Shown: positions 53,500 to 63,412, counted from the stretch's first letter. The stretch: 64,000 nucleotides of DNA from a virus (IMGVR_UViG_3300023174_003901:96001-160000); one strand, 5' to 3'. Translations and numbers: made by a program. The notes: generated by a model not told the origin, from the sequence alone.

Positions 53500-53548
53500 A
53501 AGTTCCTCGTTAAAATTGTATAATATTTAACGAGTTTAGCACAGGGCG

Positions 53549-54586
53549 TTATTTTTTGCGACCTGCACAATGAGCACGTTGACTAAAACCTCGAGGATTG
53601 GCACAATTGATACTGCTCTTGTACTTTTGACTCCACTTTTCTTCTATGTAGTCTTCACTGACCGGAGTATCTGCGGCAGTCCATTCAAAATCACTGTCAC
53701 GCACTCCAAACTTTTTGCTGAGTTTGGCCAGTAGTGCATCCAGTACTGTTGCGGGCACATTCTTGGCCACCACACGCCGGCCACTACTGCGAGGATCAGG
53801 ACGATAGAATATGTCAATTCGTTTGGGATTAACATTGTGTGTTTCATCTACATTGTTGCTGTTCAATTGGTCTTCAATATCACTGCCAATTTCGTGTCCG
53901 GCCACACGCATGCCCAGTGTGCCCATGGTTCCAAGTTCTGTGGCGGCGGCCAGTCTTCCGCCCAAGGCCGCACCCAGTGCAGGTAAGAATTCATTCAGTT
54001 GTTCACCAATGGCTGTGTCCAACATTTTAACAACTGTGGCTGCCAGTTTAGGATTGGTTTGTGTTTTGGGATAAAGGCTCATTACCAAGGCTGTCTTGCG
54101 TTTGTCATTCAGTGTGGGCCAGGCAGTACGAATTTCTGTAGCCGACGTCATGCCAGGACCAAACTCCACAGTGGGCAAGTAAGTCATGTAAGCGTGTCGG
54201 TTCATGGGATAAAGAACGTCTTGTCCTGCCAGTGGTTGCAGATACGCTGGGTTGCCATCTTTTTTGATGCCACCTGCTTGTGGCGGCTTGTTGGCGTCTT
54301 TTTCTGAACGCACAAATATCAATTGTGTATCTTCGGGATTGTAATTTTTGGTAATTTCTTCAGCACGAAATGGTGATTTAACTTGATAAAAGTCTCCGGG
54401 CTTGACTCCAGCCAACTGGGCTAGTTTTTCTTTTATTTTAAAAGGAAACGGACGCTGACTTGTGTCATTGGTGGCAGCCACTTTGATATCGGCACCAGGA
54501 AACGCTTCTTGTGCAGATTGATAAAGTGCGTGGTGTCCGGCGTGAAAAGGATGAAATCCGCCAGGCATGATAACCAATTGTTTCAT
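53549..54586 (-). CDS. cytidylyltransferase-like (HxGH) domain protein
   Basis: MPGGFHPFHAGH, SATEIR; TAAATA 5 nt before ATG. Confidence 0.75.
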   Translation of the reverse strand: MKQLVIMPGGFHPFHAGHHALYQSAQEAFPGADIKVAATNDTSQRPFPFKIKEKLAQLAGVKPGDFYQVKSPFRAEEITKNYNPEDTQLIFVRSEKDANKPPQAGGIKKDGNPAYLQPLAGQDVLYPMNRHAYMTYLPTVEFGPGMTSATEIRTAWPTLNDKRKTALVMSLYPKTQTNPKLAATVVKMLDTAIGEQLNEFLPALGAALGGRLAAATELGTMGTLGMRVAGHEIGSDIEDQLNSNNVDETHNVNPKRIDIFYRPDPRSSGRRVVAKNVPATVLDALLAKLSKKFGVRDSDFEWTAADTPVSEDYIEEKWSQKYKSSINCANPRGFSQRAHCAGRKK

Positions 54587-54600
54587 ACCTGTATTTAGCG

Positions 54601-55035
54601 TTACATGTTTTCCAAAAGCCACAAGTACACAGGCGTGGCAAATTCTAACTCAATTGTGCCATTGCAACCCATATCGCCAAAGAATTGATCTTGGATTTCG
54701 GGACCTGTACCATTGAGATTGTGTCGATAAACAGCATGGTCATGAACAATTTGTGTACAATCAATTTCGTCAAACAAAATTTCAGTCACGCTTAATAATG
54801 AATCAGACACAATGTTGCCTTGATCATCAACTTGGGTATGTTCAGGTAGTTTGTTTTTTAGTGTGATACGCAATGAGTGCTTGCCATCGTCATCACTGAA
54901 TTCATGCGCAACAACTGTAGGATCGTTCACGTGATCCTGATCAAACACACAGGTATTGTCAATCCACACTTCACAACCCAGTGACATGGCAGTATTACTA
55001 GGGGCCACAACACAGGAAAATTTTACAGTATTCAT
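54601..55035 (-). CDS. hypothetical protein
   Basis: 144-aa ORF. Confidence 0.75.
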   Translation of the reverse strand: MNTVKFSCVVAPSNTAMSLGCEVWIDNTCVFDQDHVNDPTVVAHEFSDDDGKHSLRITLKNKLPEHTQVDDQGNIVSDSLLSVTEILFDEIDCTQIVHDHAVYRHNLNGTGPEIQDQFFGDMGCNGTIELEFATPVYLWLLENM

Positions 55036-55038
55036 AGT

Positions 55039-55416
55039 TTAATAGGTTGCTGAAACTAGTTCAATTGTGCCATCGGTGAAATTTGTGATCACAGCACGTA
55101 GCCAAGTAAAATTGCCCAGCACACTGTCGTAGTGTACATCAGTGATTGTGGTAGAATCTGCTGTGCTGCCGTCGCCGTAACTGGTCACATCAAACCACTG
55201 AACTGTGGCAGGATCTTGGTCCAAGGTGGCTTGTATAGTTACATCACCTTGTACCCCGAGAAAACGCCACTGGATTGTTTGCACACCACCACGCCCGCGA
55301 TAGTAATTGGCTGCCTTTTGTGGGTCACCAATAAAGTCCTCACTGGATCCATCATAGTTGCCCGAAGGCACACCATGCGTGGTTGAAGCCAACAGGGTCA
55401 CAGTGGTTGTGGCCAT
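55039..55416 (-). CDS. hypothetical beta-rich protein, possibly structural
   Basis: 125 aa, Thr/Gly-rich. Confidence 0.7.
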   Translation of the reverse strand: MATTTVTLLASTTHGVPSGNYDGSSEDFIGDPQKAANYYRGRGGVQTIQWRFLGVQGDVTIQATLDQDPATVQWFDVTSYGDGSTADSTTITDVHYDSVLGNFTWLRAVITNFTDGTIELVSATY

Positions 55417-55580
55417 TATGCTCGTTCAACTTCCACAATGATACCTGCACCTGTCAGTTCTTCCACAACTGCTTGTAGGGCTGTTACTGTGTCGTCGCTG
55501 ACAATTTCAGTGCCTGCATCCAAATCTTTGACCAATTTTGATAGTTTGATCACAACTATTTCTTCGATGATTTTTGCCAT
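55416..55580 (-). CDS. small acidic hypothetical protein (54 aa)
   Basis: MAKIIEEIVVIKLSKLVKD...VEVERA*; TAAATA 7 nt upstream. Confidence 0.7.
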   Translation of the reverse strand: MAKIIEEIVVIKLSKLVKDLDAGTEIVSDDTVTALQAVVEELTGAGIIVEVERA

Positions 55581-55590
55581 AGTACACTAT

Positions 55591-56259
55591 TTAGCCGCGG
55601 GCCACAATGGGCAGGGTCTTTTTTACAATGCCCGGAACTGCCATGTTAATCAGAAAATCTGCTTGGGGCTCGTTGTGGTCCACAAAATAGTTGCCCATGA
55701 GCCACATGCGTCGGCCTTCTACTAGCATTTGAAATCCTGGACTCAGTCTAAATTGATCTGGTCTAGCCTGAAAGTACCCACGAAGATTTTGAAGTTCGTG
55801 GTCTCTCAGCCAACGTTCTCGAAAGAATGTTCTGTAACTGTGTCGGGGATTCTTTAGAGTGACCGCATCGGGCTGTAAACTCACACTGACCTGGGTGCAA
55901 TTAGTAACCACTAGTCCACCAACACCATTGAGATTCTTAAAATCCGCAGGATGGTTGGTGTAAAGATACATGGCATGTGTGCTGACTGTGCGTTTGAAAG
56001 GATTCGGACGACACAGCAAGTAGTCACACACACCAATCAAATCATGCTGTTCTTCTTCGGTTATTTTTTGTCGAAAATTCCCTGACGGCGGCCATGCATT
56101 GCGATAATGTATAGATTTTAAAGCCTTGATAGGATCCAAAACTCTCAGCACATTAACGTTCTTTAAGAAAAAAGAGATGCAGTAATGATACTGTCCAAAG
56201 AACAGTTGATTGCGTTCAATCGGCTTAAACTTCATTGGCAATCCTGATAATGCCATCAT
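55591..56259 (-). CDS. hypothetical protein
   Basis: 222-aa ORF downstream of clpA. Confidence 0.7.
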   Translation of the reverse strand: MMALSGLPMKFKPIERNQLFFGQYHYCISFFLKNVNVLRVLDPIKALKSIHYRNAWPPSGNFRQKITEEEQHDLIGVCDYLLCRPNPFKRTVSTHAMYLYTNHPADFKNLNGVGGLVVTNCTQVSVSLQPDAVTLKNPRHSYRTFFRERWLRDHELQNLRGYFQARPDQFRLSPGFQMLVEGRRMWLMGNYFVDHNEPQADFLINMAVPGIVKKTLPIVARG

Positions 56260-58492
56260 CTCCTACTATAGTATCCGCTCTGGGCGTGATATCAAAATGC
56301 ACAGCGTCATCTGCCATGGTAGCCATGATATCACAATCGCTCAGGCGCTCAAACAAGATCTTCTTGGATAGCGGTACACGAATAAGTTCGTCAATTTTAC
56401 GACTGAGTGGTCTCGCACCCATCTTCGAATCATAGCCCTTGAGAGCAAGCATGTCAACGACTGATTCGGAAAGATTGAGACGTATACCTTTTGTATGCAA
56501 ACTTGTCTTGAGTTCGTCCACAAACTTGACCACAACTTTCTTGATGGCCAAGGTGTCCAGTTTGACAAACTTGCAGATTTGATCGATACGATTACGTAGT
56601 TCGGGTTTAAAAAAGTTCTTAAGTGCTTTATCATCTTCGCCTGTCTTTTCAAAACTACCAAATCCAATGTTGTTGGCTTCTGAATCCTGTGAGCCCAAGT
56701 TTGATGTCATAATAATGATACAGTTCTTGACATCTACCCGCTTGCCATTGCTTGAAGTAATGTGTCCTTCGTCCAGCATCTGTAGCAGAATGTTTGAAAC
56801 ATCTTGGTGTGCTTTTTCAATTTCGTCAAACAAGATCACAGCAAAAGGATTCTTGCTGATATCTGAAATCAGTTTACCACCACCAATATTGCCATCTTCA
56901 AAGCCCACATAGCCCGGAGGAGCACCAATTAAACTTGATACTGTATGACGCTCTTGATACTCACTCATGTCGTACTTGAGCAGGTGCATGTCTAAGTTTG
57001 CGGCCAGTAGTTTGGCCAATTCTGTTTTACCTGTACCTGTTGGGCCCAGGAACAAGAAACTGGCCATCGGACGATTAGGGTTGCCAATGCCCGAGAAGTT
57101 GATGTACACACGCTCTAGTACAGAGTCTACTGCGCCATCCTGTCCATACAGTTTCTGCTTGATGTTTGATTCAAGATCCACAATCTTGGCAGAACGTTCG
57201 TTCTGCAAGCGATCCACAGGTATACTGGTCACCCGGGCCACTTGTGCCATGATCAAATCTTGGGTCACAGTGAGTTGGCCCTGATCTTTCACACGCTCTC
57301 GAGCACAGGCCGCATCCAACAAGTCAATTGATTTGTCAGGGTTCTTCTTGTCGTGTATGTAACGTCCACTCAGTTCCACTGCGGCGGTCATAGCCTCCGT
57401 GTCAATCAGCACATTATGAAACGTCTCGAGCCTGGGAGATAAACCAATAAGAATTTTCTCTGTGGTGTCACGATCTGGCTCATCGATTGCCAAGCGGTAG
57501 AATCGACGCATAAGCGCCCGATCCTTTTCAAAACTCTCATAGTATTCTTCCCATGTGGTTGACGCTACAACTTTTAAACTGCCCCGGGTGATAGCCGGCT
57601 TTAACATGTTGGCAAAGTCCAAGGCGCCATTTGACCCTGCTCCAGCACCTTGCATGGTGTGTGCTTCGTCAATGAACAAGATACACTTCTTCTTGCTTTC
57701 TAAAGCCTGGATCACCATCTTGAACTTTTCTTCAAACTCGCCGCGGTACTTGCTTCCTGCCAACAGTGACCCGATCTCCAATGACCACACTTCGTGATCC
57801 TTCAAGAATTCAGGCACACGTCCGGCTGAGATTTCTTGTGCTAGGCCTTCCACGATACAAGTTTTGCCCACACCAGGATCGCCCACCATGAGCACATTGG
57901 CCTTGAAGCGTCGAGCCAGCACAGCAATCATTTCTTCCAGTTCAGTAGCACGACCAATCAAGGGTTCCAGTCGATCTTTCTGTGCCATAGCAGTAAGACT
58001 CACACAATGCTCGTCCAGCACTTCGGTGGCCTGACGATCGCTCATACGGTTGGCTTCTCCTTGAGCATAGTTAACTTGCCAGAACTCCACAAACTCCTGT
58101 TTGGTCACTCCGTACTTGAGCAAGAAGTAGTGTGAATGACTGTTGCCTTCGCCCATGAGCGCAAGATACAGGTCCACAGTAGTAACTGATCTCCGTCCGG
58201 TAAACAGCACCTGTGTCAAGGCACGATTAAATGTGCGTTCCAGGGCTGTGGTTTTCCTGGGCGTGATATCTGGGTCAGTTGACACTAGACTTTGACAACT
58301 GTCTAAGTAAGCACACAGTTCGGTTTCGAACATGGCCACATCTGTGCCAAATTTAGTTAGGCAGCGACGAAATGGTTCGTGTCTAATAAGGCTCAGTAAC
58401 ACATGTTCAGTCAACACATATTCGTGTTGCCAGGTGCGGGCAATTTTGACCGCGTTTTCGATAATACTTTCAATTTCTGGGTTGTGTTGCAT
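56225..58492 (-). CDS. clpA: ATP-dependent Clp protease ATP-binding subunit ClpA (alternative start 58519)
   Basis: Clp N domain, GDPGVGKT, FIDEAH, GPTGTGKT, LFDEIEKAH, IGF loop; no ClpB-type middle domain. Confidence 0.92.
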   Translation of the reverse strand: MQHNPEIESIIENAVKIARTWQHEYVLTEHVLLSLIRHEPFRRCLTKFGTDVAMFETELCAYLDSCQSLVSTDPDITPRKTTALERTFNRALTQVLFTGRRSVTTVDLYLALMGEGNSHSHYFLLKYGVTKQEFVEFWQVNYAQGEANRMSDRQATEVLDEHCVSLTAMAQKDRLEPLIGRATELEEMIAVLARRFKANVLMVGDPGVGKTCIVEGLAQEISAGRVPEFLKDHEVWSLEIGSLLAGSKYRGEFEEKFKMVIQALESKKKCILFIDEAHTMQGAGAGSNGALDFANMLKPAITRGSLKVVASTTWEEYYESFEKDRALMRRFYRLAIDEPDRDTTEKILIGLSPRLETFHNVLIDTEAMTAAVELSGRYIHDKKNPDKSIDLLDAACARERVKDQGQLTVTQDLIMAQVARVTSIPVDRLQNERSAKIVDLESNIKQKLYGQDGAVDSVLERVYINFSGIGNPNRPMASFLFLGPTGTGKTELAKLLAANLDMHLLKYDMSEYQERHTVSSLIGAPPGYVGFEDGNIGGGKLISDISKNPFAVILFDEIEKAHQDVSNILLQMLDEGHITSSNGKRVDVKNCIIIMTSNLGSQDSEANNIGFGSFEKTGEDDKALKNFFKPELRNRIDQICKFVKLDTLAIKKVVVKFVDELKTSLHTKGIRLNLSESVVDMLALKGYDSKMGARPLSRKIDELIRVPLSKKILFERLSDCDIMATMADDAVHFDITPRADTIVGDDGIIRIANEV

Positions 58493-58573
58493 GTGATTGT
58501 GTCCTGAAGAGGTTGTCATACAATTGATTATACATGAATAGGGCTGGGCAAGCAACCTTTATGGCTCAATTAC

Positions 58574-59365
58574 TTAGCCACCAATTTCTTGTTTGATAGC
58601 AGCCATTAATTCTGGAGAAACTGTGGCGGGCATGGTGGCTTGTAGTCGAACCAACATGTCTCCGCGTGTGCCTGAACGATCCGGTAAACCTCGACCCTTG
58701 GCACGTAGTAGTGTTCCGGGTGCAGTATTGAGAGGAACTGTCAGAGCCAAATGGTTGCCCAGAATGTCTGTGACTGCAACGTCACCTCCGGCGACCAGAC
58801 ACCAAAATGAGACAGGTGCTTCAGTTATCAAAGTGGCACCGTTGCGTTGCCAGCGTGGGTTAGGGTGGATTCGGTAAGTGATCACCAGGTCCTGACCACC
58901 CGGAGCAAGATTGTCGTATTTCACATGATCACCATCTTCGATGCCATTGGGAATGTTTACTTGTACATTGTGTGCGCCTGTATGTGTGCCCATGCTCACA
59001 GTTCTAGGTCCAGGGTAGGCCACATCCTGTAAGGTGATCCAAAGAGTCATTCTTGAGTGTTGAGCACGTGGTGGGTGCTGTTGTTGAAACTTGGCGCCAA
59101 ACATGTCAAATATGGTATTGAAATCAAAGTTGGCATTGAAGTTTGGTCCGCCGCCGAACCCGCCGAACTGTGGTTGTGGTGAGTCATACTGTGACCGTTT
59201 GGCCACATCGCCTAACACATCATAGGCGGCTTGTATTTCTTGAAACTTTTGAGTATCACCACCCTTGTCTGGATGATTTTTACTGGCTAGTTTGCGAAAA
59301 GCCCGTTTGATTTCGTCAGCAGTGGCAGTTCGAGCAACACCTAGCGTTGCATAGTGATCGGGCAT
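58574..59365 (-). CDS. J-domain chaperone (DnaJ/CbpA-like, no Zn finger)
   Basis: DHYATLGV, HPD motif, G/F-rich region, DnaJ C-terminal GRG..GDM. Confidence 0.9.
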   Translation of the reverse strand: MPDHYATLGVARTATADEIKRAFRKLASKNHPDKGGDTQKFQEIQAAYDVLGDVAKRSQYDSPQPQFGGFGGGPNFNANFDFNTIFDMFGAKFQQQHPPRAQHSRMTLWITLQDVAYPGPRTVSMGTHTGAHNVQVNIPNGIEDGDHVKYDNLAPGGQDLVITYRIHPNPRWQRNGATLITEAPVSFWCLVAGGDVAVTDILGNHLALTVPLNTAPGTLLRAKGRGLPDRSGTRGDMLVRLQATMPATVSPELMAAIKQEIGG

Positions 59366-59369
59366 GAAA

Positions 59370-59415
59370 AAGTCCTGTATGTTTTAATTATACAGGACTT
59401 AGAGGGTAGTGTCTA
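59370..59415 (-). promoter_or_regulatory. promoter overlapped by an 11-bp hairpin covering the J-protein RBS
   Basis: TAGACA-N17-TATAAT (59387-59415); AAGTCCTGTAT/ATACAGGACTT arms. Confidence 0.6.
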
Positions 59416-59649
59416 TTATTTCTTTTCGACTTCGAGTTTCTTGTGTTGCTTGACGTCTTTACACGTTTGTTTAACAACACCTTTGGCATCCTTTACAGGC
59501 TGGCCATCTTTGACAACGTCAACACAGACCCGCTTGGTTTCTTTTTGTGCTTTGGCTGCTTCTGCCTTGGCTACGTCTGCTGAGTGTGAGTCAGCGGCCA
59601 ATGCCGGGACACAAAACATTAATCCTGCTACAAATATAATATTTTTCAT
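59416..59649 (-). CDS. small secreted/periplasmic protein
   Basis: Signal peptide-like N-terminus, Cys pair. Confidence 0.7.
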   Translation of the reverse strand: MKNIIFVAGLMFCVPALAADSHSADVAKAEAAKAQKETKRVCVDVVKDGQPVKDAKGVVKQTCKDVKQHKKLEVEKK

Positions 59650-59650
59650 T

Positions 59651-59980
59651 TTACTTTCCTACCTTTTGATTAAGTTGTCTCAACTTCTCTTCGTGGATAG
59701 ATATATGTTCTCTATTCTGTTGGATAGAATCACGGTTCTTTTGAATTTCGGCTGTTAAGTCTTGGCGTAGTTTTTCACGAGCAAGTTCGCTACTTGTATT
59801 AGATGCTTGTTTGTTATCGCTTGTGACTACTAAACTTACTTTGCTTTCCAACACTGTTATCTGATGATTTAGCGTTGATACTGCATTTAGCAGGTAACCC
59901 ACACCTGCTATGATAAGTGGTAATAGAGCAAACAACATTTTCTCTATAAACACACCTTTTGCTGATTCTTCTTGAGCCAT
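59651..59980 (-). CDS. membrane-anchored coiled-coil protein
   Basis: One TM then coiled coil; next to holin-like gene. Confidence 0.7.
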   Translation of the reverse strand: MAQEESAKGVFIEKMLFALLPLIIAGVGYLLNAVSTLNHQITVLESKVSLVVTSDNKQASNTSSELAREKLRQDLTAEIQKNRDSIQQNREHISIHEEKLRQLNQKVGK

Positions 59981-60000
59981 TTTGTTTTCCTTTATAGTTA

Positions 60001-60552
60001 TTATCGTTCTGGGAATGGTGGTATCACAGGGGCGGGTTTCCCACCAAATCCTGTAGTGACTTCAGCCGCTGGCGCTCCAAATCCTGCACTGCTACTAGGC
60101 CCTGCTGAAGGTGCGCTTCCAAAGCCGCTTCCCACGCCCAGGGGTTGTGATCCCCATGAGTTAGTGACTGGTGCGCCAACTGCGGCGGGTGCGCTGGGTT
60201 GAGGAACTGCTGCCGGGGGTGCGTAGGTTGTTCCTCCGCTGACTGGTATGGATAATCCGCCATTGTTAGCCCCTCCTAGTTTTTCTTGTGTACGACCGTA
60301 GGCTGCAATACCCAGCACAGCACCCATGGCAATGTGATACAGGCCTGCACCTTGTAAGGTGATGGGTTGCCATTGCACGTTGACTTGACCTTTTGAAATG
60401 GCCTGTAGCACTGACCACAGCACAGGAAATATCACAAAGTCTGCAATACAGGTCAGCATGTAACTCCAGCCCATCATGGGACGCCATTTTGAGTTCATCC
60501 AGTCTTCTTTTTTCTTTTCTGATTCCGACATCGGTTTTTGTTCTTCTGCCAT
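60001..60552 (-). CDS. holin-like membrane protein (3TM GTA-holin-like)
   Basis: KWRPMMGW, AVLGIAAYGRTQEK; Pro/Gly-rich tail. Confidence 0.6.
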   Translation of the reverse strand: MAEEQKPMSESEKKKEDWMNSKWRPMMGWSYMLTCIADFVIFPVLWSVLQAISKGQVNVQWQPITLQGAGLYHIAMGAVLGIAAYGRTQEKLGGANNGGLSIPVSGGTTYAPPAAVPQPSAPAAVGAPVTNSWGSQPLGVGSGFGSAPSAGPSSSAGFGAPAAEVTTGFGGKPAPVIPPFPER

Positions 60553-60581
60553 GTCTGCCCCTTTTGAATATTTATTATGAT

Positions 60582-61355
60582 TTACGGATGTAGTGTGCTG
60601 TAAATTACACCACTATTGGTCATGGTAAAGTTGTTGTTGCTAGAATCAGCCAGGTACGTGCCGGCGGAATTCACTTGTAGCAACAATGAAGTGTTGGCTA
60701 TGTTGGGCAATGGCGCTGACGGAGCAGTGAATCCTGAAGTGTACAGGGCCGACTTGGTCACACGCACACTGCTCATGTAGCCATTAAAATATCTGCCAGC
60801 GGAACTGGATCCCAGTGTCAATTGATCAGTCACTTGTGATGAACCCACATTTGTAGTAATGATATTGGCGCCTGACGCTTGATTTGTTTGCAAGGTACCA
60901 TTCACAAACAAGTAAACGTTGGGTCCATTTATGGTCATGGCCACATAGTACCAGACGCCTTCAGACAGTTGTGTTGTGGTTGCCACTAATTTGTTATATG
61001 AACCATTGTATATAAACAGTTGCAAATAACCATTGCTCTGCACATTCCATCCCCAAGGAGTGGTGGCCAGGTCTGCTGAGTAATTGCCTATGATCCAACT
61101 TTCTTCGCCGGTTTGACCGGTCTTGGTTCCATTGAATGAAGTGATGTTGATAAATGCTTCCAGCGTGAATACACTTGAAGTGGTCAATTGCCCGCCGGTC
61201 AGCAGATTGATGTTGGTAGAACCTGGGCTACTGACGGGTGTCTGTAGATACGCGGCAGCCGGAGTAAAATTCATACTGCCGGTGGCAACAGGTCCGCCAC
61301 TTATTGAGATGCCTGTTCCAATATTGATTCCGCTGCCGATACTAATTCCCATCAT
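60582..61355 (-). CDS. LamG/concanavalin A-like domain protein
   Basis: FTLEAFI, WYYVAMT, LFVNG, FNGYMSSVRVTK, YTSGFTAP. Confidence 0.8.
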   Translation of the reverse strand: MMGISIGSGINIGTGISISGGPVATGSMNFTPAAAYLQTPVSSPGSTNINLLTGGQLTTSSVFTLEAFINITSFNGTKTGQTGEESWIIGNYSADLATTPWGWNVQSNGYLQLFIYNGSYNKLVATTTQLSEGVWYYVAMTINGPNVYLFVNGTLQTNQASGANIITTNVGSSQVTDQLTLGSSSAGRYFNGYMSSVRVTKSALYTSGFTAPSAPLPNIANTSLLLQVNSAGTYLADSSNNNFTMTNSGVIYSTLHP

Positions 61356-61374
61356 GTGCTCCTTCTAATATTTA

Positions 61375-62094
61375 TTATAATCCGTATCTGCTTTTTACCG
61401 CATCATAATTTTGTGTGATTTCAATTGTGGATAGCGCACGATTATAAACCAACACTTGTGAAATTCTTGCTGTGGCAAATTCACCAGCATCTGGATCACC
61501 ACCAACAAAAAACGGCATGGCAGTCACTCTCAAATCTGGTTGGTCAGCGTCTCTCAAGCCCACTTGTGTGCCATTCACATACATCTTCATGTTGGCTGTG
61601 CCGGCCTGTGTGCCATCGTAAATCACACATATATTCTGCCAGACATTGAGTGTGAACAATTGGAATATTTCTGCAGGATACATTTCAAATTTTTGAGTGG
61701 TCAATTTGTAAAATCTAAGAAGGGTAGTTCCTCTATAGCCCATGAGAACAAAACTGTCTGAATTTCCTGTTGGATATGCCCAGATGTTCCAGGTAAATGC
61801 AGTGGCAGATGTTTGTATCGGCGTCTGATAGGTAAAACTGGTTCTTTGTGATCCAGCACTTCCAAAACTAAAATAACTTGCATCTCCAGCAGATGTAAAT
61901 GTAGGACTGTTGACCAGTGTTCCGTTGTTGCCGTTGCCGCTGATGTCATTCCAGGCAGTGCCTGAGCCGGAATAACTGGAGGTCTGTCCGGCGTCAATAT
62001 ACACTTGTAACCCTGTGGTAACTATGTCAGGACCGGGAGTGCTTCTTACGGTGATTCCTGGACCTATGGTAATTCCTGGACCTATTACTGGCAT
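61375..62094 (-). CDS. LamG/concanavalin A-like domain protein
   Basis: LQVYIDAG, WNDISGNGNNGTL, WQNICV, VYNRALS..EI.QNY. Confidence 0.8.
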   Translation of the reverse strand: MPVIGPGITIGPGITVRSTPGPDIVTTGLQVYIDAGQTSSYSGSGTAWNDISGNGNNGTLVNSPTFTSAGDASYFSFGSAGSQRTSFTYQTPIQTSATAFTWNIWAYPTGNSDSFVLMGYRGTTLLRFYKLTTQKFEMYPAEIFQLFTLNVWQNICVIYDGTQAGTANMKMYVNGTQVGLRDADQPDLRVTAMPFFVGGDPDAGEFATARISQVLVYNRALSTIEITQNYDAVKSRYGL

Positions 62095-62103
62095 GGTTTG
62101 TCC

Positions 62104-62868
62104 TTAAAACGGTACTGTTGCTGTTTGTGTCACTGTGCCATTGTTGGTCACAGTCTGTGTGCTCGATGTGTCTGTGGTCACTGCCGCGCCCAACATCAAG
62201 TACTTGGTGTTTGCGCCTGATGTGAGTGGTGCTGACGGTGCAGTGATTGTGGCACTGTTGCTGTCATACACAGCCGCACCTGTAGTGATTCTTAGGTTGG
62301 TGATGTTGCCAGGCCAGTAGCCACCATAGTATCTGGCCACCCAGTTATTGTCGCCCCAGACCTGACTGTCTGTTTGTGTACCGCCCGAAGGACTGCCGCC
62401 GCCTACGGCACCGGTTGCCCGTGTGCAAGTCACGTAGTTGGCAGTGTTGGAGAAAGTTCCAACCCACATGGTTTCCAAGTCAGTTGTGGCATTGCGATTC
62501 AGCACTATGTATTGCCACTGACCTATTTTAAATGTACCTGCTGACCAGGTGTAAGAGGGCTGATATCCACCGCCGTATCTGTCCAGGGTAATGTTGGAAT
62601 CACTGGTGAGAAACATGCTCATGCCCACACTTTGATCAGTGCCTATCAGTGCCCGATTGGAGAAGTCACCGGTGTTGTAGAACCAGCCTTCTATAGTAAA
62701 TGCGCCGGCTGCCGGAGTCCACCCAGGAGTCATGCTGATATACTGACTGGTTCCGTTAAACCCTAAACTACCTGCCAGGGGTGTGTAGAGATTGGGAGGA
62801 TCTCCGCCCATAAAAATGCCGCCACCTATGTTGATTCCGCCACCAATTGCTATTCCTGGTAATGCCAT
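62104..62868 (-). CDS. LamG/concanavalin A-like domain protein
   Basis: FTIEGWFY, WQYIVL, GNITNLRIT, TAPSAPL. Confidence 0.8.
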   Translation of the reverse strand: MALPGIAIGGGINIGGGIFMGGDPPNLYTPLAGSLGFNGTSQYISMTPGWTPAAGAFTIEGWFYNTGDFSNRALIGTDQSVGMSMFLTSDSNITLDRYGGGYQPSYTWSAGTFKIGQWQYIVLNRNATTDLETMWVGTFSNTANYVTCTRATGAVGGGSPSGGTQTDSQVWGDNNWVARYYGGYWPGNITNLRITTGAAVYDSNSATITAPSAPLTSGANTKYLMLGAAVTTDTSSTQTVTNNGTVTQTATVPF

Positions 62869-62869
62869 A

Positions 62870-63412
62870 TTATACTCCTGGTATCCATAACCAAACGGCC
62901 TGGCTCATCAAAAGCAAGGCAAATGCGCCAACACCTATGCTGGCTCGATACAAACTGTTCTTCACGCTGAGTATACTGGCAGTGAGTAAAACAATAGCAA
63001 TCTGCAACAGACTGCCTGCGTATGTGTACCAAGGGCTACGTTGCTTGGCCACTGCACGATCTGCTTCAAGAGCACGTGCTTTAGTCATTAGTTCTTTCTT
63101 GCCTTCGCCTGTGGCAGGATCACTTTCATATCTGGCAATCTTTTTGCTGAGTGCGGCAACTTTGTTCACATCCTTGCGGGCCATGGCATCATCCAGGGCC
63201 ATTTCTGCCAAGGTACCTTTGATACTCTTGGCTTGATAAAATGCCCAGGTGTTGTTGGCTTCAATTGTGTCGTTTAAGATACGACTGCTATTGCCATTGC
63301 CCAGGTATGTGTTGATGGCCAACAAGGCTGCCATGACCACAATGACCCATCCGGCTTTGTCTTTGATTTGTGCTTCACGTTCTGAACGTGATAATTGTTT
63401 TTGTTCTGTCAT
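62870..63412 (-). CDS. DUF4337-like membrane protein
   Basis: ANNTWAFYQAKSIK; two TM regions flanking a coiled coil. Confidence 0.65.
   Translation of the reverse strand: MTEQKQLSRSEREAQIKDKAGWVIVVMAALLAINTYLGNGNSSRILNDTIEANNTWAFYQAKSIKGTLAEMALDDAMARKDVNKVAALSKKIARYESDPATGEGKKELMTKARALEADRAVAKQRSPWYTYAGSLLQIAIVLLTASILSVKNSLYRASIGVGAFALLLMSQAVWLWIPGV

Noticed and set aside
17470-62320. Plus-strand ORFs opposite the long minus-strand genes
   Set aside because: These are antisense shadows with no recognisable motifs or RBS.
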